From positions 12-64,011 of the forward strand of contig CAYXTN010000002.1 in NCBI GenBank assembly GCA_964468085.1: a DNA stretch of 64,000 nt, given 5' to 3'. This DNA is from an uncultured Clostridia bacterium (lineage in GTDB: Bacteria > Bacillota > Clostridia > Christensenellales > Borkfalkiaceae). The position numbers and the translations under genes were made by a program. Positions 10,699 through 18,231 of the stretch are shown here, in pieces; the first letter of the stretch is position 1, and each line of letters opens with the position of its first letter. Under the pieces are notes generated by a model, which made no database searches, was not told where the DNA came from, and saw only the letters and a list, made by a program, of their open reading frames with translations.

Positions 10699-11013
10699 AA
10701 TAAATCCTCCGATAAAAAAAGAATGCGCAGCCCGTTGAGGCTACGCATTGAAAAACGCAGCTCGTCAACAGTTGCTACACAGTCATATTCGCCTGAGAAT
10801 ATGTAAAGACAGAGCTAACGCTTTTACCGATAGTTAGCTCAGACGAATATTAAACTGTGTAGCGGAGCTATTATAACACAATTTAAGAGATTTTGCAAGA
10901 GATATGATACCGTATAATTGCAAGCGAAAAATGGCAGAGTAAGAATTTTCGGGTACAATTTTGAGTTAATTATGTTTTATAATATGTACTGTAAGCCAAA
11001 AGGAGCAGTATTT

Positions 11014-11184
11014 ATGAGCATTAAGCTGACCGAAATACCTAAAAACACGGAAATCCAAAAGCCGACCTGTCCGCATTGCAAAAAGACAATACACGCAGTA
11101 GGTTTTACCAAAGGCAGTAAGTGTGAGGGTATTACCGTCGTGTGTAAATTCTGCGGCAGGGCTTACTCAATAAAAGCAGAGTAA
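11014..11184 (+). CDS. Small zinc-ribbon protein (56 aa)
   Basis: The ATG at 11014 is preceded by aaaggag. The protein has CPHC....CKFC cysteine pairs. The upstream part of the 10918 ORF has no RBS. Confidence 0.55.
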   Translation: MSIKLTEIPKNTEIQKPTCPHCKKTIHAVGFTKGSKCEGITVVCKFCGRAYSIKAE

Positions 11185-11197
11185 TCGGAGGACTCTT

Positions 11198-11707
11198 ATG
11201 AAAAACAAAGTTACACAGCAGGACATCGACGAGATATTTAAGAATGGCACTCTGACGGTAGAGACCATCGGAGAAAAGACGACTATGGTGCGTCTGGTTA
11301 CGAAAGAGGGCTATGAGATAATCGAGACCTCGGCGTGTGTCGATAAGGCAAACTACAATGAGGCTATCGGGGCGGAGATCTGCCGCAAACGCATTGAGGA
11401 TAAACTCTGGGCGTATGAGGGTTATCTCCTCCAAAAAGAACTCGCCAAAGACAACACCGCCTGTATGAGTTTCGGAAAAGCTATCGAGGCTCTGAAAGCA
11501 GGCAATAAGGTAGCAAGAAAGGGCTGGAACGGCAAAGGAATTTACCTTGAACTCCAAAAGCCCGACGAGCACTCAAAAATGAGCCTGCCTTACATCTACA
11601 TCGTAACAAACTCGCTCGTATCGGATAATCCCGACGCACCGAGAGGAGTTGTGCCGTGGCTTGCCTCTCAGACGGATATGCTCTGCGAGGATTGGGTAAT
11701 CGTATAA
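11198..11707 (+). CDS. Two-domain phage protein: N-terminal N4 Gp49/Sf6 gene 66-like domain fused to a C-terminal DUF2829 (Tad2-like) domain
   Basis: The RBS reads cggagg. The N-terminal half (ETSACVDKANYNEAIGAEICRKRIEDKLWAYEGYLLQKEL) matches my memory of the Gp49_66 family signature. The C-terminal half (FGKAIEALKAGNKVARKGWNGKGIYLEL...PYIYIV...VPWLASQTDMLCEDWVIV) matches the DUF2829 signature. Confidence 0.75.
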   Translation: MKNKVTQQDIDEIFKNGTLTVETIGEKTTMVRLVTKEGYEIIETSACVDKANYNEAIGAEICRKRIEDKLWAYEGYLLQKELAKDNTACMSFGKAIEALKAGNKVARKGWNGKGIYLELQKPDEHSKMSLPYIYIVTNSLVSDNPDAPRGVVPWLASQTDMLCEDWVIV

Positions 11708-11733
11708 CCCAGAGCGACAGTTATAAAAAATCA

Positions 11734-11751
11734 AGAGGCTGAAAAGCCTCT
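11734..11751 (+). terminator. Short hairpin downstream of the Gp49/DUF2829 gene
   Basis: The stem is agaggct / agcctct (7 bp) with the loop gaaa. An A-run lies upstream and there is no clean T-tract downstream. Confidence 0.4.
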
Positions 11752-11755
11752 ATAT

Positions 11756-11848
11756 GCGGAGTTAGTGTACGGCGCACTCCATCGGCAGTATTAGTGTAAA
11801 GTAAGCACTCCGAGGGCAGAGTAGGTTTGATTCCTGCACTCCGCTCCA
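11756..11848 (+). ncRNA. tRNA-like cloverleaf element with a genomically encoded CCA; non-canonical, possibly a degenerate or specialised tRNA-like RNA
   Basis: There is a perfect 7-bp acceptor stem, GCGGAGT (11756-62) paired with ACTCCGC (11838-44), followed by T then CCA. The T-arm is GTAGG-TTTGATT-CCTGC at 11821-37. A D-like hairpin lies at 11764-78. A long central arm pairs 11779-85 with 11810-16 and 11793-97 with 11805-09, closing a 7-nt loop AAAGTAA. There is no canonical U33 and the central arm is oversized. Confidence 0.35.
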
Positions 11849-11884
11849 CATCACAATCATTTAGTGCCAATATCCAAGAGATTT

Positions 11885-11924
11885 GAGCCTCATACCCTAT
11901 CCAGCAGGGTATGGGGCTCTTTCT
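11885..11924 (+). terminator. Strong intrinsic terminator
   Basis: A 14-bp stem, gagcctcataccct / agggtatggggctc with one G-U pair, closes a 7-nt loop and is followed by tttct. Confidence 0.75.
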
Positions 11925-11954
11925 ATAAAAAATCCATACGGGAGGTTATCAGTT

Positions 11955-12092
11955 ATGAAAGGAAATCATAAAGGCAACCCCTACGCAACCAACAAGGGCG
12001 GTGTAATCAGGGCTCCCAAGCCCGTGAGCGACCAGCCTAAGGCTGATGTTGTTAAGGGCTCCGACCTGAGAAACGGCAAAAAAGGCAAATAA
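11955..12092 (+). CDS. Small basic protein (45 aa), function unknown
   Basis: The ATG at 11955 is preceded by gggagg. The longer ORF from 11883 would run through the terminator hairpin. Confidence 0.4.
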   Translation: MKGNHKGNPYATNKGGVIRAPKPVSDQPKADVVKGSDLRNGKKGK

Positions 12093-12119
12093 AAAATCAA
12101 CAATACGGAGGATTCATAA

Positions 12120-13025
12120 ATGGCAGCAAATATCGTAAAAGACGACGATCTTGACCTTGACGACATTGACGACGAGCTCGATAACGACGAGAGCTACGAC
12201 CTTGACGGCGACTCAGACGAGGACATCGACACCGAATTTGACGACGAGGAAACGGACGACGCAGAGGCAGACGACGGCGAGGACGAGCTGGACGAAACCG
12301 ACACCGACGAAAACGACGACGAGACGGACGAGGACGACGAGGAGGACGGAGAAAAGGACGACGAGCCCGATAAAGACGCTCCTGCCGACGACGAGTCCGC
12401 TACGGACGATAAGGACGCTCAGATTGAGGACTTGCGCAAACAGCTTGCGGCGAAAGATACCGAGTTAAGCAATGTGCGCAACCTCAGCAAGGAAACCCTG
12501 CAAAAAATGGGCGTTCAGGTTGACGGCTCCGTGGAGGAGGCTTTGGAAAAAGCCAACGCCGAATCGGAGGGAATCAGCTTAGAGGAGTACCGCAAGGCGA
12601 GAGCGGCAACGGCAGAGGCGCAGGCAGCCGAGAGGCAGGCTAAACAGCAGGCGTTTGAAAAGCTGGCGGCGGCAGACCTTTCGGAACTCAAAAAATCATT
12701 CCCCGACTTGCTCAAACAGACGCACATTAAAGACTGTTTCGACAGTATGGCGGACTTTATTCAGTTTGGCAAGCTCAGGGATAGCGGCGTAGAGCCCAAG
12801 ACCGCCTACCTCGCTGTAAACGGCGACAAAGTGCGCACCAAGCAGGCGGCGGCAGCACAGCAGAAAGCGGCAAGCGGCGGTAAGGATCACCTCAACTCCG
12901 CCGTATCGAAAAAAGCCTCAGGCAACAATGTTGTGATGTCGGAGGCAACCCTGAGAGAGTGGAGAGACCTTTTCCCCGACAAGACGGATAAAGAGATTAA
13001 AGCTCTGTACAGGCAATCACTTTAA
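12120..13025 (+). CDS. Putative capsid scaffolding protein
   Basis: The RBS reads acggagg. The N-terminal ~95 aa are extremely acidic (D/E-rich) and are followed by Ala/Gln/Lys-rich predicted coiled coil. The gene lies directly upstream of the capsid genes. Confidence 0.6.
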   Translation: MAANIVKDDDLDLDDIDDELDNDESYDLDGDSDEDIDTEFDDEETDDAEADDGEDELDETDTDENDDETDEDDEEDGEKDDEPDKDAPADDESATDDKDAQIEDLRKQLAAKDTELSNVRNLSKETLQKMGVQVDGSVEEALEKANAESEGISLEEYRKARAATAEAQAAERQAKQQAFEKLAAADLSELKKSFPDLLKQTHIKDCFDSMADFIQFGKLRDSGVEPKTAYLAVNGDKVRTKQAAAAQQKAASGGKDHLNSAVSKKASGNNVVMSEATLREWRDLFPDKTDKEIKALYRQSL

Positions 13026-13054
13026 CTACATCTTATAAGGAGAATTTTTATCGT

Positions 13055-13474
13055 ATGTTTAACTGCAAAAAGATAATTAACGGCAGAATGAATGTACCCG
13101 AAACGGAATCCTTACCCACCACCGCAGGCGAGACCTACAAGGAGGGTGAGGCTCTTGTGCTTTCGGGCGGCAAGCTCACGAAATGCGGAGCAACGGCAAA
13201 ACCGACGCATATTTCGCTCGCTGACTATACGGCACCTGCAAGCGGTCAGAAAGACCTGCCCTGTTTCCGTATCGCCAGCAATATGGTGTTCGAGGTACCC
13301 GTAACCTTTTCCGAGACCGCAAAGGCAATCGTTGTCGGCTCTAAGCTGACCGTAGCGGAGGACGGACTCGGTGTTACCGATGTAACCACCAGCGGCGTTG
13401 TAACCGTTGTGGACGCTTTGAACGCAAACAACAACAAAGAGAGCGGAGACTTGGTTTCCGTTATCGTAGAGTAA
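13055..13474 (+). CDS. Small capsid-module protein; a decoration or cement role is only a positional guess
   Basis: The RBS reads aaggaga. The 139-aa protein is beta-rich and lies between the scaffold and major capsid genes. Confidence 0.5.
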   Translation: MFNCKKIINGRMNVPETESLPTTAGETYKEGEALVLSGGKLTKCGATAKPTHISLADYTAPASGQKDLPCFRIASNMVFEVPVTFSETAKAIVVGSKLTVAEDGLGVTDVTTSGVVTVVDALNANNNKESGDLVSVIVE

Positions 13475-13495
13475 AACACGGGAGGAACAGAATAA

Positions 13496-14533
13496 ATGGC
13501 AATCGTATTTTCCAAACTTTCGGGCAAGAACGATCCTTTATACGGTAAGTTTGAGCACCCGATTAAGGCAATTATCCAGAACGAGAGCAACGCTCTCGAA
13601 AAGAAAAAGACGCTGCTCGATGTCCTTTACAATGTCGAGAAATCCAACCGCTACGCAGAGACGGTTATGGGGCAGACCGACTTTGACACTTTCCAGAGCG
13701 TCAAAGAGGGCGAGGGCGCAGAAAACGACAGCATAGAGCTGGCGTTCAAAAAGACGATAGAGCATATCGCCTTTATGAAAGAGTTTACCATCACCAAAGA
13801 GATGGCGGACGACGCAAAAACGGGTATGGGTACCAATATGAAATCCAAGCCTAAGGGCTTTGTTCGTGCGTACTACAAAACCCGTACCAAGCTCGCAGCG
13901 TGGGCTCTGGCACACGCCACCGAATCCAGCGGCAAGTTTAACAAGGCACTCGTTGACCTTACCACGGGCGACGGTAAACCCGTATTCCATTCGGCGCACC
14001 CTTACTCGCAGGAGAAATTTAAGAAAAAGACGCAGAGCAACTTTTTCTGTAAGGAGAATATCTGCTCCTCCACGACGGCGTTTGAGGACGCTCTCAACGA
14101 ACTTGCGAACAAAATGCGCAATTTCAGAGACGAAAACGACGAAACGATGGAGTATGTGCCCGACACCATCATTTTGCCCTGCAACCGTCCGAATCTTGAA
14201 AAGATTGCGAAAAAGGTTGTCGGTTCCGAGAGGACTACGGGCACGAACTACAACGACATCAACATTCAGTACGATAATTGGACTATCGTAATTCTTTCGG
14301 GGTGGGAGACTACCGACGACAGATTTATGCTGATGTCGTCCGAGGCAAACCAGCAGCTCGCAGGCTCGATGTTCTACAACCGTGTCGCTCTCGACATCAG
14401 GAGTTACATCGACGAGCATACCCGTAACAACATCTGGAACGGTTACTGCCGTTTCGGTATCGGTTTCACGACTTGGAAACACCTGCTCCTTGCGGTTGAC
14501 GGCAAGAGCGTAACGGGTGCGTCGGCTCTTTAA
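13496..14533 (+). CDS. Putative major capsid protein
   Basis: The RBS reads gggagg. The 345-aa protein follows the scaffold gene and is followed by a strong terminator, which is a typical major-capsid expression context. No signature motif was verified. Confidence 0.6.
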   Translation: MAIVFSKLSGKNDPLYGKFEHPIKAIIQNESNALEKKKTLLDVLYNVEKSNRYAETVMGQTDFDTFQSVKEGEGAENDSIELAFKKTIEHIAFMKEFTITKEMADDAKTGMGTNMKSKPKGFVRAYYKTRTKLAAWALAHATESSGKFNKALVDLTTGDGKPVFHSAHPYSQEKFKKKTQSNFFCKENICSSTTAFEDALNELANKMRNFRDENDETMEYVPDTIILPCNRPNLEKIAKKVVGSERTTGTNYNDINIQYDNWTIVILSGWETTDDRFMLMSSEANQQLAGSMFYNRVALDIRSYIDEHTRNNIWNGYCRFGIGFTTWKHLLLAVDGKSVTGASAL

Positions 14534-14544
14534 TTTCGATATAA

Positions 14545-14576
14545 ACGCCCCGTCAAACATCTTACGGGGCGTTTTG
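14545..14576 (+). terminator. Intrinsic terminator after the capsid gene
   Basis: A 9-bp stem, acgccccgt / acggggcgt, is followed by a T-run. Confidence 0.8.
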
Positions 14577-14646
14577 CTCTGGACGGGCTTGCGGTTATGA
14601 GACGCAAGCCTTGTCCTGAGGTTTTATTCTAAAAGGAGGCTATGCT

Positions 14647-15579
14647 ATGACACTTAAAGAATTATACGACTCTGTGGCGGAGCTCGGTTTTGAAACGGAG
14701 CTCGAAAGCGAGAGATTAAACGGATTTATCCTTGCGGCTAACAGAGCGATTGTGCAAATCAACCGTATAAGACCAGCTACCTCTATTTACAAACTCAACC
14801 ATTTTCCGCTTGCAAACAAGCTGAGCGAAAGCACTTACGAGCCTGTATGCAAAGACGACGAGGCTCTTATTTTTACCGCCGAGGGCGCAAAAAGCTACTT
14901 TTTTGAATGCAACGGCAACGGTATCGCAACTATCGAAAAAAGCACTGATTTTGGGGAGACTTGGGAGACGCTGAAAGCGATTGAGCTTGTTTCCGATAAA
15001 GGTCAGTTTGAACAATATAGAGGCTTAATACTTGACGGAGAGGAGCCGTATTTAGGCTTAGTCCGTATTAAGTTTGACGGGGATTACATTTATTGGGTGC
15101 AGAATGTCGCAATGTACGGGAGCCTGCTTTCGGCGGATCCTGATAGCGTTCCTGCGTTCGGTAAATTTATCCCTTATGATCTTGCCAGCCTCACAGACGA
15201 CTTTGTTTCGTTTGTGTGTCCTCCGATTGTGGACGCTCAAAGGGGTAAGGGCTTTATTTTGAATACCGACTACTTTGTAGAGGGTGCGAGTAAAATCCTT
15301 ATCCCTGCGTCCTTTAATGGCGTTTACGATGTGCTGTATAACAGGCAGAACAGACAGCTCTCGTATGACGATACCGAAAATATGGAGGAAATAGAGATAG
15401 ACCTTGACAGTGAGCTTTGTAGCTTAATGCCTAACCTCGTTGCGAGCTATATCTGGGCTGACGACGAGCCGACAAAAGCAGAATATTACCTGACGCTCTA
15501 CAACGCTCAGGTTGCGGAAATAAAGGAAAAACAGAAAATCCTGACTCCTGTTATGTACCGCAACAAATCGGGGTGGTAG
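14647..15579 (+). CDS. Virion structural protein; possibly a head-tail adaptor / tail tubular A-like protein by position
   Basis: The RBS reads aaggagg. The 310-aa gene is translationally coupled to the next gene. The order scaffold-capsid-X-Y-fibre resembles T7-type podoviruses. Confidence 0.45.
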   Translation: MTLKELYDSVAELGFETELESERLNGFILAANRAIVQINRIRPATSIYKLNHFPLANKLSESTYEPVCKDDEALIFTAEGAKSYFFECNGNGIATIEKSTDFGETWETLKAIELVSDKGQFEQYRGLILDGEEPYLGLVRIKFDGDYIYWVQNVAMYGSLLSADPDSVPAFGKFIPYDLASLTDDFVSFVCPPIVDAQRGKGFILNTDYFVEGASKILIPASFNGVYDVLYNRQNRQLSYDDTENMEEIEIDLDSELCSLMPNLVASYIWADDEPTKAEYYLTLYNAQVAEIKEKQKILTPVMYRNKSGW

Positions 15580-15580
15580 T

Positions 15581-18220
15581 ATGGGCGTTTTAAGTAAAGC
15601 TGTAACAGAATACAGCAGACATTACGGGAATTTTAAGGGCGTTGATTTTTCCAACGACCACACGCAGGTACACGCCTCTCGTCTCGCTTACCTCGTCAAT
15701 ATGTACAAGGACTATAAGAGCGGACAGGGCGAGGCTCTGGAAACGATGGCAGGGTACAGGCGCAGGGCAGATTTCTCAAAGACGGTTGCCGTAAATTCAG
15801 ACGGTATCGCTAACGCAACGGAGGTTGCGGATTCTAACAGAGAGATCTACGGGATTTTTTATTTTAAGGCTAAGCTGGCAGGTGGCGCAGAGCGTGTCGT
15901 CGTGCATAGCGGCAAAAAACTGTTCCTGTGGCGCAATTACCCGTCCTCGGTAAACATTCCGACATCTAAGGTTATTTCGGCTCCTGCGCCCACACGGAGC
16001 GACGAGGTGGGCGGAATTACGCTTTATACCTACGACATTGCATTTGCGTTTGAGTGCGATGGGGTTATAAGCGTAAAAACGCAGTCAGGCTCCGATATTA
16101 CGGGCGTTGCGTCTTTTAATAAGGCGACCAAAACCTTATCGCTCACGAGCTCTGAGGTTGCAGATGGCGACCTTTTAGAGGTTGAGTATTACGAGGGCGT
16201 TGCAACGGACGCAGACCTGCTCTATTCGTCTATGAACGAGCACAGGAGCGAGTATTTTATATTCAATAACTTGCTCTATATCATAGACGGTAAAAACTAC
16301 CTCGTGTACGACGGCGAGGAGATAATGCCCGTTGTGAATTACGGGGATAAGCACCCTGTCTATGTGCCTACGACTTACATAAACATCGTGCCGTCAGGCG
16401 TAAATGCCGACATCGGCAAAGAGTACGAGCAGAGGAATATTTTAACGCCGAGATTCAAGCACACATTTGTTGCTGATGGCGAAACGAAAGACTTTTATAT
16501 GAACGAGGGCAACCTTGATTCCATCGTTTCCGTAAAGGTTTACGGCGTTGAAACAACCGCATACACAACAGACTTAGTAAATGGCAAAATCACGCTCTCT
16601 ACGGCTCCTAAAAAGCCTGAGGAGACCGCAAGGGCGGACGGCTCAAAGTACGAGCAGGGCTACGCTGGCGTTGAAATAACCGCCTCCAAAGTATTCAAAA
16701 CGATAGACGGCGTTACCGACAATATGAGCAACATTGCGGAGCTCATAACAAAGTGTACTCTCTGCACGACCTATGACGGCAGGGTATTCTGTACGGGCAA
16801 TCCTGATTACCATAACTACATCTTTTTCTGCGGCAGAAACAGTACGGGTTATGCGGATCCGTCGTATTTCGGTATTTTGAACTATATGCAGGACGGCGTG
16901 GGTATGTCGCCAATAACGGGTATAATGTGCGTCTCCGATACGCTGATGGTACTTAAAAGCGATACACAGCAGGACAGCGCAATTTATTTCCACACGGCGA
17001 CGGACAGCAATTTACACCTTATGCCTCGCATTTACCCGTCCGTACAGGGCTTGTCTGGGCTCGGCTGTATGGGAGCCTGTTGTAATTTCCTTGACGATCC
17101 TATATTTATCTCTCGTCTCGGCGTAGAGGGCGTAGGGCAGTTAAAAATCGCCTCGGAGCGTTCCAACGAACACCGCAGCAGGCTTATTGATACAAAGCTC
17201 GTAAATACGGACTTGTCGCAGGTCTCCCTTGAAGAATGGGGTGGCTATCTGTGCGTCCTGACTGAGGGCAGGATATTCCTCGCAGACAGCAGGCAACGCT
17301 ATCAGGACGAGACGGGTGCTATGCAGTACGAGTGGTATTACCTTGAAAACATAGGCACTTGGGATAATCAATACAGGGAGTATAAGTATTCCAGCGTATT
17401 GCCTGAGGAGCTTGTGGGAGCGACGGTTGAGTACGACGGCGAGGTGTACGACCTTGAACTTGCGGAAAGTGTACCTGCGCTCTACGACGATCCGAAAAAT
17501 CTTTGCGGTGAAATCGTAAACGAGCCTGACAGTAGAGGCAGAGCGGACATCACGATTTGCTCAAAGCCTATAACCGTACACATCGGAGAGACGGACTATA
17601 CCGTGGGCGTTTCTTACGCTATTTACGATGTTAAGGACGAGGCAGGAGATGTAATCGAGAGACACGCCTATTTATGCGAGACTAAGGGCAACTATACGGG
17701 CGGTCAATTCAGAAAGGCTGTCGTATTGCGCTCTATCAGCGACAATTTGTTTTTCGGTTGCGAAAACGGAATTGTATGCTCATTCAACTTTGATTTACGG
17801 GGAGAGGACGGCGAACTGCCTACATCGTCGTACAGCTACGATAACAGGACTATTGTGTGTGGCTGCGCTACGGTAATGGATAACTGCGGAATACCGCATT
17901 TGACAAAGACGACAATTAAGCGTTCCACTGTAATAAAAACTAAATCATTCAAAAACAGCTCGGCAAAAGTAAAGGTTAGGACGAATAAAAAGCCTTATGC
18001 GCAGATTGCGAGAATCAACAACGCCGTTTTCTCGTTTGAGGACTTGGATTTCTCCGACCTGACTTTTAACACGACGGAGCAGAGCCTGTTTGCGATAAAA
18101 GAGAAAGAGAAACAGTGGGTAGAAAAGCAATACTACCTGTTTTCGGACGAATACCTTAAACCGTTTGCGCTGTTCTCAATTTCTTACCGCTATCGTGTGG
18201 CAGGACGCTATAAGGGCTAA
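15581..18220 (+). CDS. Large virion structural protein; possibly a nozzle / tail tubular B-like protein by position
   Basis: The 879-aa ORF starts 1 nt after the previous stop. The call rests on position and size only. Confidence 0.45.
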   Translation: MGVLSKAVTEYSRHYGNFKGVDFSNDHTQVHASRLAYLVNMYKDYKSGQGEALETMAGYRRRADFSKTVAVNSDGIANATEVADSNREIYGIFYFKAKLAGGAERVVVHSGKKLFLWRNYPSSVNIPTSKVISAPAPTRSDEVGGITLYTYDIAFAFECDGVISVKTQSGSDITGVASFNKATKTLSLTSSEVADGDLLEVEYYEGVATDADLLYSSMNEHRSEYFIFNNLLYIIDGKNYLVYDGEEIMPVVNYGDKHPVYVPTTYINIVPSGVNADIGKEYEQRNILTPRFKHTFVADGETKDFYMNEGNLDSIVSVKVYGVETTAYTTDLVNGKITLSTAPKKPEETARADGSKYEQGYAGVEITASKVFKTIDGVTDNMSNIAELITKCTLCTTYDGRVFCTGNPDYHNYIFFCGRNSTGYADPSYFGILNYMQDGVGMSPITGIMCVSDTLMVLKSDTQQDSAIYFHTATDSNLHLMPRIYPSVQGLSGLGCMGACCNFLDDPIFISRLGVEGVGQLKIASERSNEHRSRLIDTKLVNTDLSQVSLEEWGGYLCVLTEGRIFLADSRQRYQDETGAMQYEWYYLENIGTWDNQYREYKYSSVLPEELVGATVEYDGEVYDLELAESVPALYDDPKNLCGEIVNEPDSRGRADITICSKPITVHIGETDYTVGVSYAIYDVKDEAGDVIERHAYLCETKGNYTGGQFRKAVVLRSISDNLFFGCENGIVCSFNFDLRGEDGELPTSSYSYDNRTIVCGCATVMDNCGIPHLTKTTIKRSTVIKTKSFKNSSAKVKVRTNKKPYAQIARINNAVFSFEDLDFSDLTFNTTEQSLFAIKEKEKQWVEKQYYLFSDEYLKPFALFSISYRYRVAGRYKG

Positions 18221-18231
18221 GGAGGCAGACG

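Noticed and set aside
10812-10840. Hairpin gagctaac...gttagctc in the moron upstream region as a terminator
   Set aside because: It has an 8-bp stem with a 13-nt loop and no T-tract on either strand. The evidence is insufficient to call a terminator or an operator.
12151-12468. 105-aa Thr/Arg-rich ORF in an alternative frame of the scaffold gene
   Set aside because: It is an artefact of the GAC/GAG (Asp/Glu) repeat DNA read out of frame.
13538-14560. 340-aa ORF antisense to the major capsid gene
   Set aside because: It is a shadow ORF fully overlapping a well-supported + strand gene. It has no RBS and an Arg/Val/Leu-rich composition typical of antisense frames. The same reasoning applies to 19834-20721 (antisense to the DGR target), 22733-23308, 31407-32042, 35998-36591, 46319-46891, 51818-52474 and 57820-58344.
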